NCBI RefSeq assembly: GCF_006345805.1
Contig: NC_043011.1
Span: 32,686,464-32,750,463, forward strand
Direction of reading: 5' to 3'
From: Octopus sinensis
Taxonomy: Eukaryota
DNA length: 64,000 nt
Position 1 is the stretch's first letter; every line of letters starts with the position of its first letter. Below are positions 13,366 to 26,131 of the stretch, piece after piece. The notes beneath the pieces were generated by a model, which was given only the letters and a program-made list of their open reading frames with translations, searched no databases and was not told where the DNA came from. The translations under genes were made by a program, and so were the position numbers.

Positions 13366-13990
13366 TGGGCAATTTTGTATCCTTAAGTCGTATTTAATGA
13401 CAGTTGTAGGTCCCGAAAGCTCTTATCCGTCAACATATTTGTGACATATCTATCTTATGGATGGTCTTCTGTGTATTAGATGATAGCAAAGGATTTCCAG
13501 TTCAATCCTTGCCAAAGAATTGTGTATATGTGTTGAAATATACCACCTGCAGATGATCAAAGAATATACCCACAGAAATATAGTCTAAATAGATATTCTT
13601 AATAAAGTTCACACACACTAACACTTTTTGTATGTGTGTGTGTGTATATATATATATACACACACAAACATGACTAAGCACATCATTGCAAAACAAGGCA
13701 GATAAAATAGTACTCGAATACCAAAGGTAGAGTAATATGCTCTTTGTATTAAAGGTGTATTAAACATCACAAGAAACTGTTACTCAGAGTTTCACGTTTC
13801 CCTTCGTATGCAGATATATAAACCATAGTATCTGAGTCGCATTCATGTAATAGTACATAATTTATACTTTAATGAATATGTACATAAATACGTTTGTGTA
13901 TATATATATATATATATACATGTGTGTGTGTGTGTCTGTATGCGTATACATATGTGTGTGTGTGTACATATATATATATATATATATGTG

Positions 13991-14021
<31 letters not shown>

Positions 14022-14058
14022 TGATATATGTATGAAAGTATTTTGTGCACATATGTTC

Positions 14059-14093
<35 letters not shown>

Positions 14094-14182
14094 AACACAC
14101 ATATATATATACATACACATAAAGAAATATACATATCACTTAATACACGTGTATCTTCATATGTTTGTACTTTTATATACTT

Positions 14183-14227
<45 letters not shown>

Positions 14228-14481
14228 CACGGTACTACACACGCCCACATACACATACATATACGCATGCCGCTCGTCCCCCCTCACACGCGCGCACACA
14301 CACAAAAACTCAGACACACTTATATACACATATGTATGAATGTACGTGTGTGTGTGTGTGTGTGTATGCACGTATTCCATGCATGTAAACATGCATGACT
14401 TAACCTATAACTGTATCGAATTCAAATTCATGAACATTATGTAGTTATATACACCCGTTTAAATATAAGTATATACATATA

Positions 14482-14522
<41 letters not shown>

Positions 14523-14568
14523 CACCTATGTTTGTATGTATATTTATATATATGCATATACTTGTTTG

Positions 14569-14602
<34 letters not shown>

Positions 14603-14660
14603 TGTGGTAGTATATGTAAACACATATATTGTGTGTGTGTATATATATATATATGTATGT
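11380..14660. repeat. Region dominated by (AT)n/(CA)n/(TATG)n microsatellites with short repeat fragments
   Basis: Direct reading; source of many [12 protein letters not shown] ORFs. Confidence 0.85.
12555..12590 (-). ncRNA. Degenerate Penelope-type minimal hammerhead motif
   Basis: Minus strand aac CTGAAGA agagacgctcccc GAAA cg TC gg; core boxes present, stems I and II poorly paired. Confidence 0.35.
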
Positions 14661-14999
14661 CTATATATTCTTCTCAAGACAATGCGATATTAATGCATCG
14701 TGTAATAATAGTAATACTTTTAAGGAGAAATTCAATATTTATTTGTTTGTTTTCTGTGTTGTTGTTGTTGTTTTTTTTTTACAGTTCTTTTGAAATTCAG
14801 AATATATATATTTTATTAATAAATTATCGAAAACGGGGATTCCAGTTGTTTTCAGAACTCTATACCTTAAAAACCTTAAAACATTCTATTCCCTACTTCC
14901 CTTTTCTCCGTTTTACTACATTTTCTTTTTTTTTTTTTTTGTATTATTTATTTTAATTTTTAAAACATAGTTCTTCGCTCCACCCTGAGTTTTAGAAAG

Positions 15000-15180
15000 A
15001 AACTAATCCCCCCCCTTCCCCCGCGCCGCCACCGCCGCCTCCACTCCTCTTTGCTATATAACACTGAATGAAGACAGGGGGGGGAGACATTGAGAAACAT
15101 TGAAATTTTGCTTTCTGTCGACAGCCGGTCAAATTGCTTACCCCCACCGCTTCCCTCCCGCTCGCGAATTTTATATATTA
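15000..15180 (+). promoter_or_regulatory. Possible promoter-like CpG/GC-rich patch with TATA-like motif
   Basis: ccgcgccgccaccgccgcctcc followed by TATATAA at 15055-15061, then further CpG-rich unique sequence; not part of a recognised repeat. Confidence 0.3.
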
Positions 15181-16505
15181 TTTTATTTTATTTTATTTTT
15201 TTTTTTTTTTTAATGTCTGTTTGTCTATCTATCTGTCTGTCTGCCTGTCTGTGTCTTTGCTGGCTGCAGGGGCCCCTCCCTAACTCCTTCCGTAACTCTC
15301 TCTCTCTCTCTCTCTCTGTCTTTCTCACTCCCGTTGTATCTCTCAATCTCTGTGTCTGTCTGTCTGCCTGTCTGTTTGTGTCTTTGCTGGCTGCAGGGGC
15401 CCCTCCCTAACCCCATCCCCAACTCTCTTTTTCTCTCTCCCTATTATCTTTCTCCATCTCTCTATGTCACTTTTTTCCTCTGTGTGTATGTGTCTCTCTC
15501 TTTCTCTCTCACTGTATCTCTTTATCTCTGTGTATCTTCATGCATCTCTATGTTTGTCTGTCAGCCTCTATCTTTCTACGTATCTCTCTCTCTCTCTCTC
15601 TCTCTTTCTTTCTCTCTCCCTTTTTCGACCCCTCAAAAAACTCCTTTAGCTTGCCTTGACAAACTTGACAATGGCGGTAGCAGCAAGCCTCATTCTCCCC
15701 TTCCTCGTACTACACACATTTTACAAGCAGTTCTACAAGCAACCTATTTTTCCCGCCTTCCTAATAACATCTTCTAAACACTTTATTTATTTATTCATTT
15801 ATACATTTATTTATTTATTCATCTATCATTTACTTTTTTTTATTTCTGAAATTTCTTTCTGTTTCTTTTTCCATTTTCATTTTCATCTTTTTCTCCCTAC
15901 TCACTGCTTTCTACAATCAAATATATTCCATTTCAGACTTGACTTCTTTATTTCAAACCTTACCGAAATTAATTTCCCGTCTCAAATCTACTCCAAACAA
16001 CATTTCTTTTTCAAACTTCAACTGTTTCTCTTCACAGCTCTCTTTAATGCTTTGCAATTACAGCTATCTGTCAAATATTTTCCCTTTGTTTATCATTCTA
16101 ATGAAGTTTTTGTTTTTCCTTTTCTGTCTTTCTTTAACACACACACACACACTCGAGGCTGAGTTCCAGCATGGCCGCAGTCCAATGACTGAAACAAGTA
16201 AAAGATAAAAGATATACGTACAAAGCGGAGGAGTTGTAGCTTTTTTTTGTTTCACTATTGTTTTCTTAGTTTATCTTTAATGATGGTGGTCGCAATCGTG
16301 TTGGGAGTTTAGCCCCGGGTCAGCCCTGATCGAGCGGGCCCTAATGATTAAAGAAGGCCTCCTCATTCTTTGCTATGACCATCTTTTCATTGTTTTGTTT
16401 TTGTTTGCTTGTTCTTGTTATTATTTGCTTTTCAAAGGTAGCTTATCTAGGACTGCACTGTACAATGTATCCTTTCTTTCTTAGTACGGTTCCACTATGA
16501 TTTGC

Positions 16506-16536
<31 letters not shown>

Positions 16537-16812
16537 GGGGGGAAGCTGGTTGCTATTTCTAGCATGTTCAGTGACTTCCTTAAAGGCTCCATCACAGGCT
16601 ATGGCTATATTCTTTTGTTTCTTTATAAATACTGTATTCAAAGATTGTATAACAACTAGATATATATATTTACTGATATTCCTCTTATTATGTTTTCTCT
16701 TGTTTATCTACCTTTCGTTGTTTTGTATTGTTTTCACGCAAGACGAAAAGGTTGTTGTTGTTGTTGTTTAATATCATCATCATCATCGTCATTATCATCA
16801 TCTTCATCGTTG

Positions 16813-16843
<31 letters not shown>

Positions 16844-17551
16844 TATTATCATTGTTATTAAATTGCTCTGTTGGAAAAAGCCAACTGCCTTTAGTAGCCA
16901 CTTTTAATTTCACAGCCCGCATTACTTTTCTTGTATTTCTTTCTATCTCTTAACAATCTGGGTTACTTTTAATTATGGTATGGCATTATCGCTGCTATAT
17001 AACAGAGGGAGAAAGAGACAGAGAGAGGGAGAGAGAAAGAGACAGAGAGAGAGAGAGAGAGAGAGGATCACCATTTTTCTTACAGTTGTATAAACCATCC
17101 CTAATTACTTTTGCTCGGCAAGTCACATTTGAACGTCTTCCGTTAAAAATACTGAAATTAAAACAAAAAGTAGAAGAAAACTGCATGCTATACCCTATGT
17201 GAGTGAATATGGTGTTATTTTAACCGAGGTCAGGCTAACCTGGTATTGTCATAGTGAGAAAACCTATCGACTTAGTTCAGTTCTTGTTGTAGCTAGACTG
17301 GTGTGTGTCTGTGTGTTTGTGGTAACTTCTTTCTTCACAAACACACATTATTATTATTATTATTATTATTGTTGTTGTTGTTGTTGCTTTGTTGACGGAA
17401 ATGAAGGAAAATGAGCAAAGCAAATTTTCCTATTAACATGATGGCGAACACAGTAGCCACTTAAAATGTCTTTCCAGTTAAACTGGTAAATTTCTATTGC
17501 ATTACGTAATAAACTTATGATTAAAGTATTTCACCTCCTCATTATATACAA

Positions 17552-17589
<38 letters not shown>

Positions 17590-17602
17590 TATATATATAT
17601 AG

Positions 17603-17666
<64 letters not shown>

Positions 17667-18030
17667 CAGGCTCTCACAAATATCTGCATGTATCTTTTAT
17701 ACTTGGAATTTCTGGGCAAATATTTTCTTCCTATTTTTTCGTGTTTTTTTCATTTTTAGTTGAGTTTTTTGATCCAAAGTAAAAATTGATGATGGGAATT
17801 TAAAATATTTCTTGTTTAATTTAATTTAATTGAATTTGTCATTCCTGTTTTATAATATTGTATTGGGGGGTTTTTTTTTTAAAGAAATTTTACACAAAAT
17901 CTCTTCTAGTTTTATGAACTGCAGCAATAAATTTTTTTTTTATCTATTTATTTACTTACCCGTTTATTTATTTATTTTTAATTGCCTTCTGAAAGTTGAT
18001 GTCTAAGTTTTCCTATCTGGATATTTCACT

Positions 18031-18146
<116 letters not shown>

Positions 18147-18408
18147 TTTATTGGTTACTTTCTTCTCTTTGCTCTACAATTATGATTATTAAGGTAGTAT
18201 TTGGATATTTTGTTTATAACAGCACCTGTTTGGAACTTCCGTATAAAGTTTCAGGCTCACACATAGAACGTCATCGGATCATCACTATAGATAAGTTTTT
18301 ATATAGAAGTTTTGTTTGCTTTTGAGTTTTTCTCTTTCATCTCTCTCTTGGCAGCCTGCGTATTTTTTCTCTAACTCTACTTTTCCCTTTTACCTACCTA
18401 CCTACTAT

Positions 18409-18479
<71 letters not shown>

Positions 18480-18481
18480 AT

Positions 18482-18810
18482 CTCATCATCATCATCGTTT
18501 AACGTCCGTTCTCCATGCTAGCATGGGTTGGACGGTTCGACCGGGGATCTGGGAAGCCAGAAGGCTGCACCAGGCTCCGGTCTTATCTGGCAATGTTTCT
18601 ACAGCTGGATGCCCTTCCTAATGCCAACCACTCCGTGAGTGTAGTGGGTGCTTTTTACGTGCCACCTGCACTGGTGCCAGGCGAGGCTGGCATCGGCCAC
18701 GGTCGGATTGGTGCATTTTACGTGCCACCGGCACGGAAGCCAGTCGAGGCGGCACTGGCTTCGGCCACGATTCGGATGGTGCCTTTTACGTGTCACCGAC
18801 ACGGAGGCCA
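18482..18810. mobile_element. RTE-like (CAT)n-tailed interspersed repeat
   Basis: catcatcatcgtttaacgtccg...ccatgctagcatgggttggacgg...ggatgcccttcctaatgccaacc. Copies or fragments at about 19360-19570 (inverted), 27990-28100, 35430-35710, 39460-39660, 42980-43220, 47300-47370, 55200-55345 and 57830-57970. The RTE affiliation is from memory of similar invertebrate repeats. Confidence 0.65.
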
Positions 18811-18944
18811 TTATTATATGTGCTGGTGGCACATAAAGAGCATCTTTTCAGCGTTTGGCCCCACAAGGGCAATGATGAATGATCGAGACCTTTGGCATTA
18901 TTTTGTGCTTGAGATGAAGAGCTATCAAGCCAAAGCATTTGTGT

Positions 18945-19104
18945 AGGTGCAGGAGTGGCTGTGTGGTAAGTAGGTTGCTTACCAACCACATACTTCCGGG
19001 TTCAATCCCACTGCGTGGCACCGTGGGCATGTCTCTTCTGCTATAGCTTCCGGCCGACCAAAGCCTTGTGAGTGGGTTTGATAGACAGAAACTGAAAGAA
19101 GCTC

Positions 19105-19147
<43 letters not shown>

Positions 19148-19357
19148 TATATATATACACATGTATATGTTTGTGTTTGTCCCCCCTACCATCACTTGGC
19201 AACCGATGTTAGTGTGTCTACATCCCTATAACTTAGTGGTTCGGCAAAAAAGAGCAATAGAATAAGTTCTGAGGTCAATTTGTTCAATTAAAGGCAGTGC
19301 TCCAGCATGGCTGCAGTCAACAAATAAAAGAGTGAAACAAATAAAAGAGTAAAAGAG
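18945..19357 (+). mobile_element. S1 SINE
   Basis: Full head (aggtgcaggagtggctgtgtggtaag) through the gtaaaagag tail. Confidence 0.85.
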
Positions 19358-19644
19358 ATACTGGTGTCAAGCAAATGACACCTGTGCCAGTGACACGTAA
19401 AAGCACCTATTACACTCTTGGAGTGGTTGGTGTTAGGAGGAGCATTCAACCGTGGAAACAATACCATATCGGACTGGAGTCTGGTGCAGCCTTCCAGCTT
19501 ACCAGCCCTGATCAAACCGTCCAACCCCTGCCAGCATGGACAACAGACATTAAATGATGATGATGATGATGTTGAGATTGGTAGATAGATATAGATATAT
19601 ATGTATACACATATCTATCTATCTATCTATCTATATATATATAT

Positions 19645-20033
19645 TCTGTTATTCTTTTACTTAGTTCAATCATTTTGACTGCAGCCATGCTGGAGCACTG
19701 CCTTTAATTGAACAAATTGACCCCAGGACTTATTCTTTGTAAGCTTAGTACTTATTCTATTGGGGTCTTTTGCCGAACTAAGTTACGGGGACGTAAACAC
19801 ACCTGCATCAGTTGGCAAGCAATGGCGGGGGGGGGGGCAAACACAGACACACAAATACATATTTATATATGATGCGCTTCTTTCAGTTTCCATCCACCAA
19901 TCCCACTCACAAGGCTTTGGTCAACCCAAGGCTATAGTACAAGACACTTGCCCAAGGTGGTACACAGTGGGACTGAACCTGGAACCATGTGGTTGGGAAG
20001 TAAGCTTCTTACCATACAGCCACTCCTATGCCT
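19645..20033 (-). mobile_element. S1 SINE (inverted partner of 18945-19357)
   Basis: Reverse-complement full copy. Confidence 0.85.
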
Positions 20034-20082
20034 ATATATATATATAATATATATATATATATAATATATATATATATATTAT

Positions 20083-20130
<48 letters not shown>

Positions 20131-20888
20131 TATATAGGTACACATTACATATATGCACACATACGCATATATAATATATATATGATGACAAATTTATATA
20201 TGTATATATATTTATATATATATATATATACATACATACATACATGCACATCCATTCTTTCATTCTTCAGGCATAGAATATATGACCTGCTGATCCAGTT
20301 CTTATCATTGTTATTGCGCTGTGTCCATTGATCAAATCACTCAATATGGCCAATTATTCAGTCCCCCAAACTAATTAATTGGTTTTATGGTAATCTGGGT
20401 ATATCAAGTGGACACTGGACTGAAGACCCTGTTCTCTGAGTTCAAATCCCACCAACTATGGCTTTGGTTTTCATCCTTTCAGGGTCAATAAAGTACCAGC
20501 CCTGTACTGGGGTCAATTTTTCTTAATCTTGCTCTCACTTTCTCTCTGGAAGAAATTGGTTATATTCAGATATAGAAGGGGAAAGGTTCCATCAGTTTTA
20601 AAATCTCCAAGACATGCCATACATATATCGCAGTAGTGCTTCTATGATCTCCCACCCCATTCCATGAGTTGAGGGGCCCAAAAACGTAAGGAAGGAAGCA
20701 TGGTAGATGTGACCATTGTTACCAGTAGGAACTCTGTATGACTGATTATTTAGTTAGCTTGTAAAACTGAACTTAAGCCTCTAGTTACTATATTTCTGTT
20801 GAAATTGTTTAAATTAATTTTGAAAATAGCAAAGAATTTAATAAAGTAACTTTGTCATTGTTAAGTTGGTGTTTGGAACATGATTTAA

Positions 20889-21095
20889 CCCTTTTGAAAC
20901 CGCCCCTGGCTCTGTAGTACAAATGTCTTGTTTTCAAAAGTTCTGAATTAAAATCTTTCACCAAACCTTAGTCGCAATTTATGTTCCTAACACTAGCTTA
21001 ATGATAAACTAAATTATTTTGCTAATTCTTCGTTATATTTAAAATTAATTGAAAGAAACAAAGGGCATCTCAACAGAAATATGGTAACAAAAGGA
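20889..21095. mobile_element. piggyBac-like MITE (family A) inserted at TTAA inside a related MITE
   Basis: TTAA|cccttttg ... gtaacaaaagga|TTAA; the host sequence gtgtttggaac...ttaacatgaaattttg is intact in the neighbouring copy at about 21296. Confidence 0.7.
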
Positions 21096-22271
21096 TTAAC
21101 ATGAAATTTTGATGAAAGGCTTTTAGTTAGATTGTTTTAAATCATCATAGAACTAGGGGCAATTTTAAGAGGGTTGGTATCAAAGGGGTTAGCCCTTTGG
21201 TTATCATATTTTTGTTGAATTATTTTGTTGTTGTTACAATTAATTTTGAAAAAAATGAAGAATTTAGTTAAATAACTTTGTCGTAATTAATCTAGTGTTT
21301 GGAACATATATTAACATGAAATTTTGCTGGAAGGTTATAATATAGATCATTTTAAAACAGGAATTTAGTCTCATAGAGCCAAGGTTGATTTCAGGTGGAT
21401 TGGTATGAAAAGAGTTAAATACTTACTTACCCGCAGACAGATTACAGAATGATTTTGTCTTTTGTATTGTGTCCAAGCAGATTATGAAACTCTGGCCTAA
21501 TTTCTAAGTATTAAATCCTTACTTTCTTTTCTAATCTGAGATGTTAATCAGATGTCATACTTCATTAATTTAATTGCTATATTCAACGCATTACTTGAAT
21601 TTATTGACATCAGTAGTTCTGTGTGTATAAAACACATCAACATTCTAGAATTCTCACTATGCATTGTTGAGGTTTTACTGCAATATAGGGGCATTGCCAT
21701 GGCATTAGCTAGAGTCTGCTGGACTAGCTGTTTTGTAGAATTTCGTTTCATATCCCTACAATCTATGTTCAAATCCGACCTGTCATTGATCTATCTAGGG
21801 ATGATAAATTAAGTACTTGGACACCATCAGACGGTGGAGTCATTTTAACTGATTATACTTTCATATAAGAAAGCTGTGATCTTGTAATCGGTCTGAGAAA
21901 TAGTTATTTTACTCAGATAAAACAAGTGCTGATGAGCAAGAGCAAATAGCAATAGCTTTCTGAGTCTTAAATTGAGTCTCATTTAATTCTTGATCAATGC
22001 TGACTCATTTTATCTGTAATATTAATTGGTTCGAGAAAAGAATGAAGGTCACTGCATGTAATAACAATGGCTGATGTAGTTTCTTGTTTGAAATTGACCC
22101 ATTTTATTTATGGGTCTTCATTGCCTTAAGAAAAGTATGAATGCCACCTCATCCTTCCTCTAAAAATAAAGAGCCTGTGTGCTTAGCCAAACGAAACACA
22201 AATACTTTTATTGCACTGAAGCAAGGATCACAAACAAGTTTGCGTCTCTAAGTTATCATTTCCCAGTTTAA

Positions 22272-22717
22272 CCATTTAGCATTTAACCCTTTTGTTACCA
22301 ACCCAACTGAAACTGGCCCTGGCTCTGTAGTACAAATGTCTTGTTTTCATAAGTTTTGAATTAAAACCTTCCACTGAACCTTAGTCACAATTTATGTTCC
22401 TAACACTAGCTGAATGACAACTAAGTTATTTTACTAAATTCTTTGTTATATTTAAAGTGATTAAAAGAAACACAGAGCATCTCAAAATAAATACAGTAAC
22501 AAAAGAGTTAAACCAGCCATATCTGGCCAAAATAGTCACACTGTTTTATATTCAAACTGAACAGATCCAACCTCTCACACCTATCCCACAATGTTAGTCT
22601 AAAAAATATACAGCCACATTATCTAAATCTCAAGGCTACAAGATAATCCTGGAAAAATTCAAAACAATGGAAATAAATTAGCACTACATTTAATAGAGTA
22701 ACCTGAATGCTAAACGG
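22272..22717. mobile_element. piggyBac-like MITE family B containing a nested family A MITE (22287-22507)
   Basis: Outer TTAA|ccatttagcatt ... aatgctaaacgg|TTAA; inner TTAA|cccttttgttac ... gtaacaaaagag|TTAA. Confidence 0.75.
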
Positions 22718-23137
22718 TTAAGCCATTTCTTTCTACTCAAACTGGTTCTTGAATCTCATATAATTTTATAATCTCTGTGCTTCCTAAAATTGTGATTATG
22801 TTTTCAGATTATTCTGTTAAATGTAATGCTTGTTTATTCACACTGCTTTGAATAATTAATCTTGCATTATCTCGTAGCTTTTAGATTAATATAATGTGAT
22901 TGTTTATTTTTAGGATAGTTGTGAGAGGTCTGATCTGGTTTGTTTGAACGTAAAACAAGCAGAATATTTGGGTCGGATATGGTCCTTTTAAATGCTAAAG
23001 AGTTAATTTGTTTTTACACTAGTTTCATCAACTGTGTTTCTTCTCAAGAGTGTGTCATTATTTTATATTAATATTAGGTCTTTGGGAGTAGATTTAGTAG
23101 ATGGAAACTGAAAGAAGCCAGTCATATATATATATAT

Positions 23138-23520
23138 AGTGGCTGTGTGGTAAGTAGCTTGCTAACCAACCACATAGTTCCGGGTTCAGTCCCACTGCGT
23201 GGTACCTTGGGCAAGTGTCTTCTGCTATAGCCCCGGGCCGACCAATGCCTTGTGAGTGGATTTGGTAGACGGAAACTGAAAGAAGCCTGTCATATATATG
23301 TATATATATATATATGCGTGTGAGTGTCTATGTTTGTCCCCCTAGCATTGCTTGACAACCGATGCTGGTGTGTTTATGTCCCCGTCACTTAGCGGTTCGG
23401 CAAAAGAGACCGATAGAATAAGTACTGGGCTTACAAAGAATAAGTCCCAGGGTCGATTTGCTCGACTAAAGGCGGTGCTCCAGCATGGCCGCAGTCAAAT
23501 GACTGAAACAAGTAAAAAAA
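23138..23520 (+). mobile_element. S1 SINE (young, CpG-intact)
   Basis: Near-consensus full-length copy. Confidence 0.9.
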
Positions 23521-23802
23521 AAAAAAAAATATATATATATTAGTTGAAGTGTATTCTGTTAAGGACTTATTAGAGTACACAATATATTTCGTTCACATTT
23601 AGAATTACCAGATAGCCAGCAGTATTATGGTATACTACCAATTCTAGGTATTCTTCGTGTGTGAAAAATAAAAAGGAAAGAATAAATATAGTCAAATATA
23701 TATGTGGATCTATGTTGTATCGAAACATGTGTAGAAATCATTAAACAGCTGTCGAATCGTACACCTTCTTTCTTTTGACTCTATTTATTCTTTCTTTTAT
23801 AT

Positions 23803-23834
<32 letters not shown>

Positions 23835-24034
23835 GGATTTGTGTCTGTGTTTGTCCCCTAACACCACTTGGTAACCAGTGTTGCTGTGTTTACATACCCG
23901 TAACTTAGCAGTTCGGCAATAAGGGCTGATAGAATAAGTACTGGGATTGATTCATTTGACTAAAAATTCTTCCAGGCAGTGCCCCAGCATGGCCACAGTC
24001 TAATGACTGAAACATATAAAAGATAAAAGACATA

Positions 24035-24065
<31 letters not shown>

Positions 24066-24247
24066 TGGGAGAGAAGACAAGTCAATCATATGAACCCCAG
24101 TGTTTCGCTGGTACTTATTTATCGACCCCGAAAGGATGAAAGGCAAAGTTGACCTCGGTAGAATTTGAACTCAGAATGTAGTAGCAACAGGCAAAATACC
24201 ACTAAGCGTTTTGTCTAGCAAATTAACGATTCTGCCAGCCTGCCACC

Positions 24248-24304
<57 letters not shown>

Positions 24305-24854
24305 GACAGGGCCTGGATTTTGTGGGGAGAGAAATAGTCAATCACATCAACTCCCTGTATTCATCATCATCCTCATCATCACTTAACATCCATGTTCCAT
24401 GCTAGCATGGGTGGGACAGTCCCACAAAAGCTGGCCAGGCTGAAGCCTGCACCAGACTTCTGTGACTGTTACTTAATTTATCAACCCCAGATGGATGAAA
24501 GGCAAAGTCAACCTCGGCAGAATTTGAACTCAGAATATAGCAGCAGATGAAATACCACTAAGCATTTTGCCAAGCATGCTAACGATTCTGTCAGCTTGCT
24601 GCCTTACATATAATATAATATAATAAGAATAAAACATCTAAATTGCAATGGTTTCTTCAATTTCCATTATTATCAATCCTGTGTTGTGTCATTACCATTT
24701 AACAATTACTAATTTATTTCCATATACTGTGCAGTTTTTTCCTTCACAGCGCTCTATGGAATTAATTCTTCAGAACCCCACAAAAAGCAATATGAGGTAA
24801 AGACCTGAATTATATATCCCAATTCACTTATATATATATATATATATATATGTA

Positions 24855-25119
24855 TAGTCGAAATAAGCAACAAGAATGACTCCGGTAATTTAGTACAATC
24901 ATTTCGTACTAAATCATTTTATTAAATGTTGTAAGTATTACAACAGATTTAAGATGCTGAGTACTCATCAGCCAATTATTAATGGAAAATCTCTATTATT
25001 GGCTGATGAGTATTCAGCATCTTAAATCTGTTGTAATACTTACAACATTTAATAAAATGATGTAGTACGAAACGATTGTACTAAATTACCGGAGTCATTC
25101 TTGTTGCTTATTTTGATTA
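24855..25119. repeat. ~265 bp palindrome; each arm carries a type-I hammerhead motif
   Basis: Position p pairs with 49974-p (for example gccaat 24971 / attggc 24998-25003). Arms about 120 bp with few mismatches, spacer about 20 bp. Confidence 0.9.
24998..25087 (+). ncRNA. Type-I hammerhead ribozyme motif with long stem II
   Basis: attgg CTGATGA (25003-25009) gtatt...agtac GAAA (25069-25072) cgattg TA (25079-25080) ctaa. Stem I ttgg/ctaa; stem II contains ttaaa/tttaa and tgttgtaa/ttacaaca. Mirror copy on the minus strand at about 24887-24976. Confidence 0.65.
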
Positions 25120-25216
25120 TAATCGCCCTACAAATTTTTATGGATAACACCATACAAAATTCTAGTGCATCTAAATTAAGCACCATATTCATTTGAATCT
25201 AAATTTTTGCTGAACT

Positions 25217-25250
<34 letters not shown>

Positions 25251-25472
25251 AAACATAGGGGTTTAGTTCACAGATGATCTAAACGACTAGGTATGTTGAG
25301 TAAGTGCTATAACGGATTACCAGAGCTCCAAACTCATAGCCAAAATGGGAGTTATAGAACCATTGTAGATTTCTGATATAGCGGATATATATTTGTTAAA
25401 GAGGACAACAAATGTTAAAGCAAGGCAAGCATCTCAAGTCATATACGTTATTATGTATTAAAAAATTTATAA

Positions 25473-25511
25473 GTCTTACAACTGTTTCTGTGATACTCCG
25501 TCATCAGAGAC
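25473..25511 (-). ncRNA. Minimal Penelope-type hammerhead motif (stem II degenerate)
   Basis: Minus strand gtct CTGATGA cggagtatcaca GAAA cagttg TA agac; stem I gtct/agac, near-palindromic stem III. Confidence 0.6.
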
Positions 25512-25790
25512 AAATAGGGAAAATGTGAAGGGTATAGATTAAGGAAATGAGGAAATAAAGAAATGAAAGAAAGAAGAAACATAAAAGTTCATAGTTCATA
25601 TGCTAGTCCATAAGTCCTTCAATCAAAATGGAGATGAATGCTATTTCTCCATGTGATTGGCTTGAATAATTAAGATATCACGACGTTTTCTTAACATGAA
25701 AACAATGGCAGCCTTAAAACACAAATAAGGAAATTTTATCCACCACTGTGGTGTTGAGCATTCATTCTCATCGTTAGACATTTACGCATA

Positions 25791-25839
<49 letters not shown>

Positions 25840-26076
25840 ATGTATATATATATATATGAGTTATGGAATTCTTTTCTGCACACTCAGCAGCCCTAGGCAC
25901 CTACCGTGGGGATATAAAAAGAACTTTTTTCAGATCATCATTCTCTGATAAAGAAAAATAATCCATAATCTTCCGTCTCAATAAACCACTGTTGTTCCTG
26001 AAAGTTGTTTTTTTTATGTTTACTATTGATTGCTTGAAGCTAACTTTCATCTTACACCTTGATCCTTGGACCTTAC

Positions 26077-26130
<54 letters not shown>

Positions 26131-26131
<1 letters not shown>

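Noticed and set aside
13395-13435. gtcccGAAAgcTC hammerhead-like right half; similar halves near 12790-12810, 40690-40705 and 50575-50600
   Set aside because: No recognisable CUGANGA-type core or stem I partner; too decayed to support.
15671-16162. ATGGCG-initiated ORF with signal-peptide-like start MAVAASLILPFLVL
   Set aside because: Continues as T-rich low-complexity Phe/Leu/Ile sequence with no nearby donor; hydrophobicity is explained by pyrimidine bias.
21430-21812. Overlapping 74-86 aa ORFs and a minus-strand GTAAGT donor at about 21430
   Set aside because: No consistent acceptor-frame-donor combination and no recognisable protein.
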